Of a DNA stretch of 64,000 bases, positions 12,712 to 26,149 are shown in pieces. Source of the DNA: Octopus sinensis (taxonomy: Eukaryota); contig NC_043000.1 in assembly GCF_006345805.1 (NCBI RefSeq), forward strand, positions 73,842,001 to 73,906,000, given 5' to 3'. Position 1 is the stretch's first letter; each line of letters starts with the position of its first letter. A program made the position numbers and the translations under genes. The notes under the pieces are model-generated. The model was not told the origin of the DNA. It saw only the letters and a program-made list of their open reading frames with translations, and ran no database searches.

Positions 12712-13992
12712 GTTTTCAAATTTTGGTACAAGGCCAGCAATTTAAGGAGAGAGGATAAGTCGATTACATTGACCTCAGTATTCAACTGGTACTTAATTTA
12801 CCAACACCTAAATGATGAAAGGCAAAATCAACTTTGGCAGAATATAAACTCAGAACATAATGACAGATGAACTGCCATTAAGCATTTTGCCCAGCATGCT
12901 AATAATTCTGCCAGCTCACCACCTTCTTGAAGGAGAATAATATTAAAACATAATGACGTGTCACATTTGTTTCCAGTAAGTAAAATATAATTAAGAAACA
13001 ATTTCAATTGAATATGCAAACATCTTACATATCTATTTCATCAGGAGAATGTGTCCATTGATAGTAAAAATGAATAGGAAAAGTTAATAATCTAAACATA
13101 TAAAATTCAGATATAATTTGAAAATATCATCATTTTCAAATAACTTTCACTCCAGTTTTAAAGACTCATGGGAATTATATGAAATCATTGATAGCACAAA
13201 ATTTTGTCAGTGAACAGGTCGCTGTCTCAAAGTGACGAAAATATTTTGGCAAATTAAATTTAAATGTTGAAGTGAATCTAACGGTTTTTGTGTGTTCTTT
13301 AAATGGCTTATAAACACCTTCTACGCTGCAATTATTTTCATTCCAGCACACGATTTCAGATCAGGTCACTTGCTATGCAAGTACATCTCTGTAATAATAA
13401 TAATCCTTTCTACTAAAGGCACAAGGCCTGAAATTTGCAGGGAGGGGACTATTTGATTACACTGACTCTAGTGTTTCAGTGGTACTCAATTTATTGACCC
13501 TGAAAGAATGAAAGGCAAAGTCAACCTTGGCAGAATTAGAACTCAAAACATAGTGACAGATGAAATACTGCAAAGCATTTTGTCCAGTTTGCTAACGATT
13601 TTGCCAGCTCGCAGCCTTAAATAATAGTAATAATAATGATTTCAAATTTTGGTATAAAGCCAGCAAGTCCAAGGGATGGAGTAAGTTGATTACATCAACC
13701 TGTGGTTAACTGATAATTTTATTGAACCTGAAAAGATGAAAGGCAAAGTCGATTTTGGTGGAATTAATAATAGTAATAATAATAACAATAATAAAAATAA
13801 CAACACAAACAATAACAATGGTTTCAAATTTTGGCACAAGGCCAGCAATTTTGGGGGAGAGAACAAGTTGATTGCTCAACTGACTCTGAAAGAATAAAAG
13901 GCAATGTCAACCCCAGTGGCATTTGAATTCAGAATGTAAGGTTGGAAGAAATGCAGCTAAGCATTCTTTTCTAGTGTGGTAATGATTCTGCC
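12712..13992 (-). mobile_element. cluster of four SINE family B copies
   Basis: Copies at ~12712-12925, 13340-13618, 13640-13765 (partial) and 13820-13992 share gaaaggcaaagtcaac...ggcagaat core and aggccagcaat tail, separated by (AAT)n. Confidence 0.8.
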
Positions 13993-14740
13993 AGATCGTC
14001 ATCATCGTCGTCGTCAATAAGAAGAAGAAGAATTTCTTAATTTTACATGGCACCTTCAAACTAAAAGGAGGGTAATATAGAGGTGGTGTTATGGTAGGTC
14101 CTTTCCCAAAATTGTAGCACCAAAATAGTGAAATTGCTTCAAGCAAGAATCAGCATCAGACTGCAGTTACAATTGTTTTTTTTTTTATTACAAGAAATTG
14201 TATATATTTTACAGTAAGAAACTAGAAAGATGTAATATATTTTTATCAAGGATAACTTCAATACTTCAATGAACATATTCTCATCAAGAAATTGCCAATA
14301 TATTATAGTATCCAGTTCATACACAATAATCTTTCTAGCTTTCTTTCACTTGTTTCAGTCATTAGACTGTGGTCATGCTGGGGCACTACCTTGATGAATT
14401 TTAGGCAATTAAAAATAATGGTTTCTACTGTGAATCAAGACCAAATTTCCAAGGCATATCATCACATTATGGTATCTGTTATATTAGAAATCAGCTTGTT
14501 CTCTTTTTAAACTTAGTTTTAAAGCTCAAAATATAAAATCCATAAATATAAGAGTTTTATAAGTAATGTTTAAAGTAAAATGATTGCAATTTATCTGTCA
14601 TATTCCTGATAATTAAACAATTTGATACAGGTTGGTTATCTAATTTTATGGTGAATTAGGATATGAATCAGGAAATACTATGGAAACATGATTTGATCAA
14701 CTAGGCAGTATAGGTATATTAACAAGACACCTACTATTTT

Positions 14741-15706
14741 TTATTCTTTCTTTTTAATTGCTTTCTTATGGTTTAAAATACATATATAGAAAAGTATAAT
14801 TAATGCAATTAGTAAAAGTTGCACAAGTACAATACTAATGCTATAGTGGAAATAGTTATAGAACCATTGCTTTATAATGGTATTTTTTCGAGTAGCCATG
14901 TCAATCTGAATTCCTCTCATCTGATAAAATGTGCTAATTATTCCAAAAATATGAAAAAGCTGATGACTATGTAAAACAATATCAAAATATCCAGGCTTAA
15001 AACGCTCTGGGAAATGTGAAACATACATTAATACTGCCATAAAACAGTACAAAAATTGTTTTGTGTGATAAAATTTGGAATAAAAACGTTCTTCAAGTGG
15101 AGTAAATAAAATAAAAATAGGTATATTGTCAAAAAAATAAGGCCATGAAAATACTCCAATCCGAAAAATTTGTTCATACTTTCTGCTAAATCGCGATTGG
15201 CAAGAGAAAAGAGTTGACAGCAAAGCACTAAAAAATGCAATAGGTAGGTACCATTTTCCAAACCAAGTGTACTCAAGTACTTCAGGAAATGCATAAGCAC
15301 GATAAGCAATCGAACTTCCAAAGCTATAAAGACTTACAGCACCATAATCTATAAAAAAACAGATATGTCTAGCATTATTAGATAAAGAAAGAAACATATG
15401 AGCCATTGAACTAGCAAAAGGAAAGAGAATACATGTTACAAGGTAAGCAATCAGAGGAGAGTTATAACTACTTTGTAGAAAATCTTTGCTGTATGTTTGA
15501 CAAATTGTGTACAGAAAATATAAAGCTGGCAAGAAATGAGTCCAAAAATTAAAAGTTTCATTAGTTGCAGTGAATACACTGCAAACACACTGAAATAAAG
15601 TACACTCTGGGTAACGATATCCAGTGAGAATAAAATTTTCACGAAATTCTGTAGGAATTTGTTCAACAGAACACAAGGGTCCAAGAATCCTTTGAAAGAC
15701 CATCAT
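14741..15706 (-). CDS. PAQR9: PAQR-family seven-TM protein, PAQR9/membrane progestin receptor epsilon-like; intronless CDS
   Basis: Intact 321-aa ORF with FILTGYR, TNETFNFWTHF (ExxxNxxxH), SSMAH (SxxxH), FFIDY and PERFKPGYFDIVLHSHQLFH (HxxxH) and hydrophobic helices. Family call is strong; PAQR9 orthology is from remembered motif similarity only. Confidence 0.85.
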   Translation of the reverse strand: MMVFQRILGPLCSVEQIPTEFRENFILTGYRYPECTLFQCVCSVFTATNETFNFWTHFLPALYFLYTICQTYSKDFLQSSYNSPLIAYLVTCILFPFASSMAHMFLSLSNNARHICFFIDYGAVSLYSFGSSIAYRAYAFPEVLEYTWFGKWYLPIAFFSALLSTLFSCQSRFSRKYEQIFRIGVFSWPYFFDNIPIFILFTPLEERFYSKFYHTKQFLYCFMAVLMYVSHFPERFKPGYFDIVLHSHQLFHIFGIISTFYQMRGIQIDMATRKNTIIKQWFYNYFHYSISIVLVQLLLIALIILFYICILNHKKAIKKKE

Positions 15707-15722
15707 TTCTAAGCTTCTATGT

Positions 15723-15750
15723 CTGATCTGAAGTTAGAATAAAAAATAGG
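15723..15750 (-). promoter_or_regulatory. probable 3' splice acceptor ~21 nt upstream of the PAQR ATG (5'UTR intron)
   Basis: Minus strand ttttttattctaacttcAG|atcAG|acatagaagcttagaaATGATG: U-rich tract, ctaac branch-like motif, tandem AGs. Confidence 0.6.
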
Positions 15751-16506
15751 AAATTTAATCACTAGTGAGGGACCTTATTTTAAAATTAATTTTCTGTTAA
15801 AAAAAAAAAAGGCAAATTATCAATTGGCAAAAAAGCAAAACCGAAATTTATTTTAATTTGGTGAAAAAAGTAAGGTTAAATCTCTGAAGAAAATAAAGAA
15901 AATGAAAAAAGACTACCAAAATAGTCATTTCAATATCTATCAAGTCATTTCAGTTTATAACATTTACTATAAGCGGGAAAGCATTTAATACTCAAATAAA
16001 TATTATAGGCTTGTTTGTGAAGCACCTATGTTCTGAAGAGGGGGTTAAAAAACAGATTATTCTGTTTTATGTAATCTACTTGGATTTAGTTTTTTTTTTG
16101 TTATCAGTCATAACATCCAATTTCAAATTAGCAGTTTTGTTAATATTAAATAGGCTAAGGCAATTCTAATTGTTGTTAAACACAATGCTACTATGCTTAA
16201 TTATATTCCTCTTATTAGTTACAGGCTGTTCTTTTGAATCACAATGATTCAGATATTTGCTACAGGGAAAGGTACTAAGGGTATTTTGATGCTTAATATC
16301 CTTAACCTGAGAGATTCTATTAGTATCATTAGACACTACAGTTCCCACATAGTTTATGGCAGTATATATTCAATTCAGATACATATGACATTGAAGTCTC
16401 TATCATTATTGTCAAATTGATTTACTTCATTATCATAATCATGATCTATGGTATTAACATGTTTGTATGTAGTGGGATACCTCAAGTGGAAAATATTTAT
16501 ACTATA

Positions 16507-16920
16507 GGCGCAGGAGTGGCTGTGTGGTAAGTAGCTTGCTTATGAACTACATGGTTCCGGGGTTCAGTCCCACTGCGTGCCATCTTGGGCAAATGTCTTC
16601 TACTATAGCCTCGGGCCAACCAAAGCCTTGTGAGTGGATTTGGTAGACGGAAACTGAAAGAAGCCTGTCGTATGTATGTATATATATATATATGTATGTG
16701 TGTGTGTTTGTGTGTCTGTGTTTGTCCCCCTAGCATTGCTTGACAACCGATGCTGGTGTGTTTACGTCCCCGTCACTTAGCGGTTCGGCAAAAAGAGACC
16801 AATAGAATAAGTACTGGGCTTACAAAGAATAAGTCCCGGGGTCGATTTGCTCGACTAAAGGCGGTGCTCCAGCATGGCCGCAGTCAAATGACTGAAACAA
16901 GTAAAAGTAAAGTAAGTAAA
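16507..16920 (+). mobile_element. SINE family A, best-preserved copy
   Basis: ggcgcaggagtggctgtgtgg A box, ggttcagtccc B box, complete body with CpGs retained. Confidence 0.9.
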
Positions 16921-17129
16921 GTATTGAGAATATACTTGATTTTATCCATATTCATTGCTTTATTGTAATATGTAGCACTCTAAGAAAAAAATATCCTTAT
17001 TAGCAGAGAGTTTAGAAATTTTAGGTGAAATACCCCTAACTATAAATTTGATTACCATTTGAGTATGATTTGAATAGTTATTAATATTGTAAACCCATCA
17101 AATTCCTCACAATCATCAACATCTGTTTC

Positions 17130-18884
17130 TAAAAGTTTCTCATATATATTACAAGATTCATCACATATGCCATCATCGTAAGGATTCCAGTCTGGTTCTG
17201 GTGAATCGATTTTGACTTCATTGTCACTATTGTACAGAATATCATCTTCGGTATCATCTATGGCATTAAAGATACCGTATTTTTAAAAGTGCTTTTACCA
17301 CATTTTCTACTTTAACTTTGTCACATGCCTTTATAACAAAATCACAGAAAACATCAACCGAGACAGCACGCATAACTCCACCATTTGTAAAAGATTTTTC
17401 TCCATTCATCATTCAGTCATTCCATTGCTCTCTCACATTATCTTTAAATGGTTTGTTTAAACTGACATCAAGTGGCTGCTGTATAGAAGTCAAACTACCA
17501 GGAATAACAGCATATCAGTATTGGTTTTGGATAACTAGGTTTTAGTATTTGCCATTACATAGCTACAAAACATATCCCAAACCAATAAACTGTATACGTT
17601 TCATATGCCACTGCCACCTGTTCCAAATATTCTCAATCCATAATTTCACACCTCTCTCGTCCATCCATCCTTTCTCATGACAATGAACAAAAACGCCAGG
17701 AGGAAAATCTATTTTGGGGTCTGTTTTACATTTAAAAATAACCGTGGGTTTTAATTTTGTACTGTTGGCCATGCAGGATAATACAACCATAAATCTTGTT
17801 TTCTCATATCCTGTGCTTTTAACATGTACTGTTTTTACTCCCTTCAAATCTACCATTTTGTTACCCTGCATATCAAAGTTTCATGGAGTTTCATCCATAT
17901 TTCCAATATGAAACAATGGAAACTGATGCCTTTTTCTCAGCTTGAAGATGAACTGGTGAAAAATGGTTACTTTGTGATCAAGATCTCTTGGAAGTTTTTG
18001 GGTGATTTTTGTTTTCTCCCTTATTACCAGATATTTTCTGTTCATAAAACAATTGCACCAGCCTACTGTTGCTTTAAAATATTTACTTTCTTCTTTATAT
18101 GATTTAGCCCATTTTAGGGCATAAGATCTTATTCTATTTTATGTTACAATGTAGCCATCTTGTCTCTGTTGGAGTACCCATTCTGCTACCTCATTTTCCA
18201 ACTTCGGTCAAAGAGTGCTTCCTCTTCTCATTGCACATTTTTTGTTTTTGCATGTCTTAATTTTTCCTCATTCTTTCTCAACTCTTATACCATCTTCTCA
18301 GTAACATTGAATGTTCTAGCATCAGTGCAATTGTTCGAACTCTTGGCTGCTGCTATGACTTTCAATTTTCTTCTTTTTGCTGGTGGTTGCATATTGGTAT
18401 GGGTATAAAATAATTATAAATTTCACTTGACTAGACAGTTTGCAATTTTATATGAAGTATCGGTAAATGGTTACTAATACACCAAGCTGACTGTCACTGT
18501 TTAGAACATTTCAGTCATATGAACCACTATCATCGTATTGTTGTTAGCAGATGTTATGATAGCGATAAAGTTTTGATAAAGAAGAAGCAGGCTCCCTCTT
18601 AGACAACATGTGTATGAAAAGACATGATATAGAAACAGATTTGTTATTTCGTTCATTTTAATTTCTAAGGATGTAGTAAGTATAAAGAAAAAAAAACATT
18701 TGCTATAACATCATCTTTACATGACCAATATTTCTAAAGATATTTGTTGTTGTAAAAGCTACCCAGCGGTTTTGTAATTTATCAGTCATCGTATACTACA
18801 GACATGAGATAAATTCATGAAATCTTTTACAAACTTTGACCTTGTCTTATCTAAAGGTTGTCTTACATGTGGAAATATACGGTA
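17130..18884 (-). mobile_element. pogo (POGK-like) transposon remnant
   Basis: KSTGYEKTRF...VVLSCMA...KLKPTVIFK...KGWMDE and QPLDVSLNKPFK (DDE_1); Brinker-like HTH remnant near 18200-18410; terminal taccgtatatttccacatgtaagac at 18862-18884; second terminus not found. Confidence 0.8.
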
Positions 18885-19952
18885 TATATATATATATATA
18901 CGTTATTGAGTTCTGACTGACTTTTAGTCTGGAACATCAGTTTAGTTTTGGAATTTCAGAGAAACATAACTCCAAGACAAGGTTTTGTTTACATTCTTTC
19001 AGTTGCATAAGGAATAAGACAGTGATTTATCTAGCACTCTGCAACTCTTATGTCTCTGAGAAAGACATAATGAATATCACAAAGACAAACAATGACAGTC
19101 CAGGAGATGCCAATTTCCTCACTGCAGTTACTCCCAGGTGTCTTTTGCTTGGCCTGACAAGTTGATGTTTTGCATAAAAGGAGAAGAGCTGGAGCCCATT
19201 TGAATACATGTAGTCTACATTATGCTTCCAAATTAAATGGTTATAGACTGTTGGATGTAACTTGTTGATATAATAAGAGAATTCATGAAATTTCAAATTG
19301 GAAGAGTGAATCTTGAAGCATAGAAAATGTTATGAAATAACAGCATGTAAATATTAGGTTGCAAAACCCTTTTTGAATAGTAAAAGTCAAAGACTGCCCA
19401 AAGGACTTAAACCTGTATTTCCTGTAGACATGACAAGCATTCTACCATTGGAGAAAAAAAAGCTTTTGAATTTGTTTATCCATTTTAGAAACTTTATTCT
19501 TTCCAATGAGAAATGTATGTTGTTGATTCATAAGAACTTACAAACTTTTAAGTTAACATGAAAGAACTATTTTCTGAAACAGTGGGTCTTGAAGCACACA
19601 AAGCACATAAATATTTAAACATTTGAATAAAGCAATGCATTATTAGGAATTTTCTGCTCAATCATTACAGGAATGAGCCAATGTTACTTAAAAGATTTTC
19701 AACAGTATGTTGTAAGTTAATAGTTTAGTTTCTGAAATAAGTAAATTTACAAATGTTAATAAAAATACTTACAAGTTTTTTAAGGGTAAGTTTAATATGA
19801 TCTGTTATTCTTGCAGCAATGACAATCCTTGCAGCCATATTTAGTACTTGCTTCCAAAAAATTAGTTTGGGCTATATATAAACTCTTAAAAACTCTAAAA
19901 AAATAAAACAAAGAATTTGTAAATAGTTTTGAATCAAAATATATACATTTAA

Positions 19953-21028
19953 CTCTTTCGTTACCAAACCGCCCGAAAAAAATTTTGGTTAATGTGACCA
20001 AACCGCCCAAACCCACCTGTATTTACCTATTCATATTTAAATGAGAATATCAGAGCAAATCTCTTTAGTACATTCGTGAAAACACGTATTATACTTCGTA
20101 AACAGTTCAACTACAGTTTTGTACAACAATCGAAGTGTAATTTTAATTACATGAATTTTGGGAGATTTTTTTCCGAAATTTGTTCCTATTGTGTTTTTAA
20201 AATTTGTAATTCTGACAAAAAATGGATACGAATTTCATTATATCAAGCAGCGAGTCAGAATTCGAAGGATTTTCTACTGAAGACCTTCATAAATCTAACT
20301 CTATGACTGAAAAAAAAAAGCACGTGGCATTTGATAATGAATCTGATGTTTCATTTTCCGAAAGTGAAAACAGTGAATCCGAGAGCTCCGACAGCGATAA
20401 AGAAAATGAATTGGCACCTGAATGGAGTGAAAATTTAAAAACTGTTTCTTTCGGTGATTTTTCTGAAGAAACTGGACCAAGCCACAGACTTTCCCAGGAG
20501 AGTAAAGCCTTAGACTATCTCTTTTTACTTTTTCGAATGAGCCTATTTGAAATCATTACGGCGGAAAGGAACTGTTACGCTAAATGTAAACAAAGCGAAA
20601 GAAAGGATAGTTAGTGGTTTCCCACAACCTTAAATGAAATTAAGACTATTTTGCCATAAATATTATTATGGGTATCAGAAAGTTACCCAGAATAACAAAT
20701 TCTATCGTAAAATTTTGTTGTATACCCAATTGAATATTAGCTAATAACCCATTTTCTATATCGATGTTTAAACAAAATTTTAATAATTTTATATTTTGTT
20801 GAATTTACCTGTATCTACCTGCAATTAGAGTCACTTTGTGACAAAAATTATAGTATAGAATTGGTTGAGAACATTTCATTAAATTATCTTCCAAAAATCA
20901 CATTAATATATTGATAAATAAAAAAGTTATAGTTGTTTAATGAAACCAGACTAAATTTATGATTATGTTAGAAATTAATTGAAACACATAAGGGGTGTAT
21001 TTTGGTCAGAAATATAGTAATGAAAGGG
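19953..21028 (+). mobile_element. internally deleted piggyBac
   Basis: TTAA at 19949-19952 and 21029-21032; TIRs ctctttcgttac / gtaatgaaaggg; acidic N-terminus plus W...F...GP...DYLFLLF...ERNCYAK transposase start (20222-20614); catalytic core missing. Confidence 0.88.
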
Positions 21029-21699
21029 TTAAATTGCAGGTGTAATCTATCACATTTTCTGCACAGTACATTATAAATAAAATGGTAAACCATTAAAACA
21101 AAAATTACATGGAAATAATGAATTTTACTTTAAATAAATTTAGAGTATAAGTATCACAGAGACATGTATTCTGCTACAACGCTGTACTTCATTTGAAATT
21201 GCTAGTAGAAAGCTTTCTAAGATCAACTAAATAAAAACAAAATCAGCTCTTATTTTTTTTAATTCTGAATCACTATTAGTTACTATAGTTTCATTTGAAC
21301 TACATCCAGCAATAATAAAAGAAAACATATAGTTATCAGAAAATATCCATTAATTTTAGCAAGCAATTCATAGATTTCAATTCATCTCCTATTGTGCAAC
21401 TGACGCATCAGATTCTTCTTAATTTACCAAAGATATATGTCTCTGCAAAGAGAAACATATATTAATTTAAACTAATAATCATTGTTCTTTTCAATAAATA
21501 TTTCAAATTATCAACTCATTTCAGTGGTTTATCAAGTGAATAGCATCAGCTGTCACAGAACACTGAAATCCTTTAAATATTGCTCTTTTTATGCACCTAT
21601 TGCTTGTGTTGAGCATACAATATTGAGTCTTTATTAAATTTTTGTCCTAAACTTTTTATTATTGATTTTATTTGCAGAAAGGGCCAGTAATCATGCCCT

Positions 21700-22160
21700 T
21701 TGCAAAAAACAGAGGCAGAGAGTTTCTTTTAAGAGATGATGGTTAGATAGTGTTCTACAAAAATATCAAGTTGTTGAAAGTGTATATGGAATGATAATGG
21801 CACAATCTCACACTGAAAAAAAAAAGGCAAGGAAGTGCTATGTGAGGCTGCTGAATGTAGAGAATGCATAGGATAGAGAGCATCTACTTAAAGGAAATCC
21901 AACAGACACAAGCCATCCAAGTGGACAGCAGTATGGTAGATAGAGTAATTAAGGATGTGGAAGTAGGGAAAGCAGCTGATCCATCAAGAATAATTAAGAT
22001 TCTTGAAATATCTAGCAAAATAGGGTACTGGCTAGTTACTCAAATTGTAAATCAGGTAATACAGAAAGGTATTATGCCCAGTGACTGGTATTGCAGTACC
22101 ATTGTAAACTGCTCCAAGGCCAAAGAAGATGCATTAGAGACAGAGGCATCACATTGATGG
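21700..22160 (+). mobile_element. RTE fragment
   Basis: IQVDSSMVDRVIKDVEVGKAADPS...NQVIQKGIMPSDW, homologous to RTE copies at 32150 and 50200. Confidence 0.75.
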
Positions 22161-22394
22161 ACAAGATATAAAAATAAGTATTGCTGTAAAGCTCTGTAGA
22201 AGGGGCAACAAGCACAGTTTGACCATTTTGCTCGATCATTTTTATGACAAAATACATTTTCCTGTGGATAATTATATACCATTTGAAAGTTCTGAAAGTG
22301 ATCAAAATCCAACACTCACATATCATCCCAAGTCCTCTAAATCACCCTCATATTTCCATTCATTTATGTTTGTCACATTTTTGTTTTTGACTGC

Positions 22395-23830
22395 TACTCA
22401 TCTGCATTTCCTGCCATGAGGTAGGCTCATCTGGAATCCTTGGCAGGAGGAGATCCAGTTTTGTTTTACCTACATCCACACCATGCAGGTGTCCCAGGCT
22501 TATTGGAATGATATTGAAGAGTTGTGGCCCTGTGAAACCCAAGCTGTTGCAATACTTAGTCCTGTATCCTGATGGCGATGTTGGGATCTTTAGTACTGTA
22601 GTGGTAGCTAGATATTTGAATGATCTCTCTTGCAAGAAAGAATATAAAGTAACTTCCCTTTACTAAGTTTCTCAAAGCATCTGTGTCATGAGATGTGATT
22701 CTTAATTATTCAAAAAGCTTAGAGCTTTTCTTGGAAGTTTCTAGAATGTCTAGCCTTCCATTAATAAAAACAGCTTGCTAACCCTGCTCCTCGATTCTTA
22801 GTTTATTAGAATTAAAGCCATTCATGTCATTGTTATGTCCGTCTATTTTTCTACACCACATGACTGAAAGTTACCACTTAACAGTTATTTCTATATTTCC
22901 TATTTCTGAACTTTTTTGCATAGATTACTTCATTCAACTAGATGCTACATTTTGATTATGTATCATCATCGTCAGTAAATAATATAAATTTTTATGTAGT
23001 AAATATATAGTTCTTGAATTTATTCTTCATCTCTATATGAGCTCTTGTGATAATATACATGCAGCCACATCAACACCTGGTACTGACTATATATAATCAC
23101 CACATAAATTGGTGACCAGCCAACGTGGATTCCAAATTCTGCCCTGGAGAATAATCACTACAATACTATGCAATGGTGCCCTGTTCTACTGTTTATGTAA
23201 CTTTCAATGCCAAAGTTTGGTACAAATCCTCCCAGGATTTTCCAGATGTATATCACTGTATATCTTTCCTGGCTTTAGTAGAGTCTTAACTTTTGTAGCC
23301 TTTCCCAATAGCTTCCATGTTGCATTGAGACAATTTTGTTTGTGTAGGTCCACTGGATTGCTTTCAAATTCTACCATTAATTTTACACTATGTGGTGACC
23401 ACAGTTGGGAGCAGTAATCTAATCAGTTGAGGATAATTGTCTTCCAGAGGACCATCATGGCTTTCTGATTAGGAGGTTGCAATCCCTCCTGCGCCAGTGT
23501 ATCCATATATGCATTTCATTCAGCTTTATGTGTTGCTAGAACAGGGCTTGGAATTTTCCAGCACTTAACTGCATGCTATTTTCCTCAGCCTACCTGCATG
23601 CAACCCCTGTTGCAGATGTGCAACATCTCCATGGTTCTGTATCCTCTGGGAGACTTTTGTATCATCTGCATAGCTAGCAAGAGTGGCTATCTGGACAGCT
23701 GAGGGCATGTCTGAGAGGGCCACTATGAATAGCAGTGGCCCTAAGACAGTGCCCTGAGAAACACCACTCACCGTTTGTGTCTCCTTAGAGGAGGCTCCAT
23801 TGGCTACCACTGCCTGACTTCTATCTTTTA
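22395..23830 (-). mobile_element. CR1-clade LINE 3' remnant with ~460-bp AT-rich interruption (22640-23100)
   Basis: SGVSQGTVLGPLLFI...YADDTKV; 3' RTKYCNSLGFTGPQLFNIIP...KLDLLLPRIPDEP. Confidence 0.8.
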
Positions 23831-23869
23831 GAAAATCATGTAGCCATTCTCCAAGTTTTCTGACTATGC

Positions 23870-24070
23870 TAAGATTACACAGTTTGTGCCATATGGTTGA
23901 TTTTATTAAAGACTTTTACATCACGTCCAAAAAATACAGAGAAAGGGGCAGCAAATGTGAGCTTTGCATTACTGAAAAGCTAAACATCTTCCAATCAAAA
24001 TATAATATTTTAAGTATTAGGAATGAAACCTTCTTTCCTTGTATGCATAAGCAATATTTTACACTCTGAT
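23870..24070 (+). mobile_element. Penelope-like GIY-YIG C-terminal fragment
   Basis: KCELCITEKLNI...ILSIRNETFFPCMHK matches the CxLCxxEK...CxH end of the PLE ORFs at 28255 and 45015. Confidence 0.6.
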
Positions 24071-24079
24071 ATTTCAAAG

Positions 24080-26050
24080 AAGACTCACCACCTACTCAAT
24101 AGGAAAGATAGGAGACATGGTGGAGTTGCAAAGTACATTCATGAAGACCTCACACCCCAGATCTTTTTGTCACACTCAAACTTGGTGTGTGACACACTAA
24201 TTATACATTTAAGACAACTCAATATAGTTATATGTACTACTTATCCCCCATCATATGCTCCAAATCATACCAAACTATTTGAAGACTGCCTTGCAAGAAT
24301 AGAAGTCTTAACCAAACTAGAACAACACATCATTATATATCTCATGAGACTTCAACCTGCTCAATATAGGATGGCCTGCAGGTTTTTTCCTCTAAGGAAT
24401 GAGTGATGTGAATGAAGTCAAGTGGAATCTCTGCTCAACCTCACTAAGTTATACATGAAACAAGTAATACTCCAATCAACAAGGGCAAACAATATACAGT
24501 GGTACCTTGACTTACAAGTGTCCACACCTCTAAAAAGATGGTTCCCTCATGGGAAACCCAATGAGGATAAGTGAAGCACAGAATGAACAATTCAATAGTG
24601 TTTTCAGCTCACCCTTATGACACATGCAAGTCAACATACTTGTAGGATTCTTTATCACTACAGACGTAAAGCACATGGGGAGTGGGGAGGGGAGAACAAT
24701 TGATTACATCAACATCATAGAAGAGGATGAAATATTGGCTATAGATGAGGTAGATGCAAACTCAGCTGCTGACCTCAATCTCATCAATCCTTTTCAAATC
24801 ATGCAAACAAGCCCTTACAAGTCATAAGCTCCCAGGCAAACTGAAATAGGGAATAATATGCCCTATTCATAAAGGAGGAAGTAGAGCAGATACTAAAAAC
24901 TATAGGCATACCTCTCTGACCTCACACATCAGCAAAGTCATGAAATAAATACTCCAAAGGAAACTAATTGTATTCCTTGAAGAGAATGACTTACTGACTG
25001 ACACCTAGCATGGTTTTCAACCAGGCAAAAAGTTGCCTAACACAGCTCTTACAGCACTACAACTGGATGTAAAAGCAGCTGCTCAACAATTCAAATGTGG
25101 ATGGAGCATAACTTGACATTGCAAAATCCTTTGATAAAGTCAACCATGGTATGATATGTTACAAGCTACATAATCAGAAAACTTGGAGAGTGGCTACATG
25201 ATTTTCTAAAAGATAGAAGTCAGATAGCAGTGACTAATGGGGCTATTTCAAGTCACTGCTGTTCATAGTGGTCCTCTCAGACATGCCCTCAGCTGCTCAG
25301 AGAGCCACCCTTGCTAGCTATACAGATGATATAAGTCACTCAGAGGGTACAGAACTCTGAAATGAGTAATGATGTATCTTTCCAGGTGCATATTACTAAG
25401 TTGGCAATAAAATACAGATGGTTGGCTGGATGGCTTCTTAAAACATTCAAGATGAGAGAACAGGAAACTACGATGGTCATCTGGAGGATATTGATCTTCA
25501 CCAATTTAGATTACAGCTTCCAACAATGGTCACCATACAATCAAAAATTAACAGTGGAACTCAGAGCAATTTAGTGAAGCTACACAAAGAACATCGTCTA
25601 AATGCAACATGTCAGGTACGGGGAGAAACTAAAAACAAGACTCTACTCCCTAGAATGAAGATGGATAAGATATGCAGTGATATACATCTGGAAAATTCTA
25701 GAAGTTGGTCATTGAAAGTTATACAAACAGCAGAACAGGGCACCACTGTATAGTACCAAAAAACGAACATTACCTCAGGATACAGAACCAAGTACTGCAA
25801 CAGCTTCGGTTTCAAGTGCCCATAGCTCTTCAATATCCTTCCAAAACACCTGGGAGACCTCCACAGGATGGATGTAGGTGTTTTCAAAACAAAACTGGAT
25901 CCCCTCCTGCCAAGAGTTTCAAATGAACCTACCTCACAGAAAAAGACACAGGTGTAGGCAGCAACATCAAAACTCTCATTTACCAAATGCCACATATCAG
26001 AAGAGGCTTAGTGAGAGTATAGCAAAAGGTGGTACCCAGCATGGTTGCAG
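24080..26050 (+). mobile_element. CR1-clade LINE remnant (endonuclease to 3' end), same family as 22395-23830
   Basis: RKDRRHGGVAKYI endonuclease motif; near-identical gttcatagtgg.cctctcagacatgccctcagctg; WSPYNQK thumb; homologous 3' end. Confidence 0.8.
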
Positions 26051-26149
26051 CTCTCAGATAGAAACTAGAAAAGGAAAGGATACATGCATATATATATGTA
26101 CATGTACATACATATATGTGATTTGGGCAGAATCAGAGGATCCCATTGT

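Noticed and set aside
16166-16348. MGTVVS ORF suggesting a myristoylated protein
   Set aside because: Starts at GTG, is short and has no recognisable homology.
21428-21442. 15-nt micro-exon candidate on the minus strand (possible PAQR 5'UTR exon)
   Set aside because: Splice-like motifs of this strength are common in AT-rich DNA; unsupported without transcripts.
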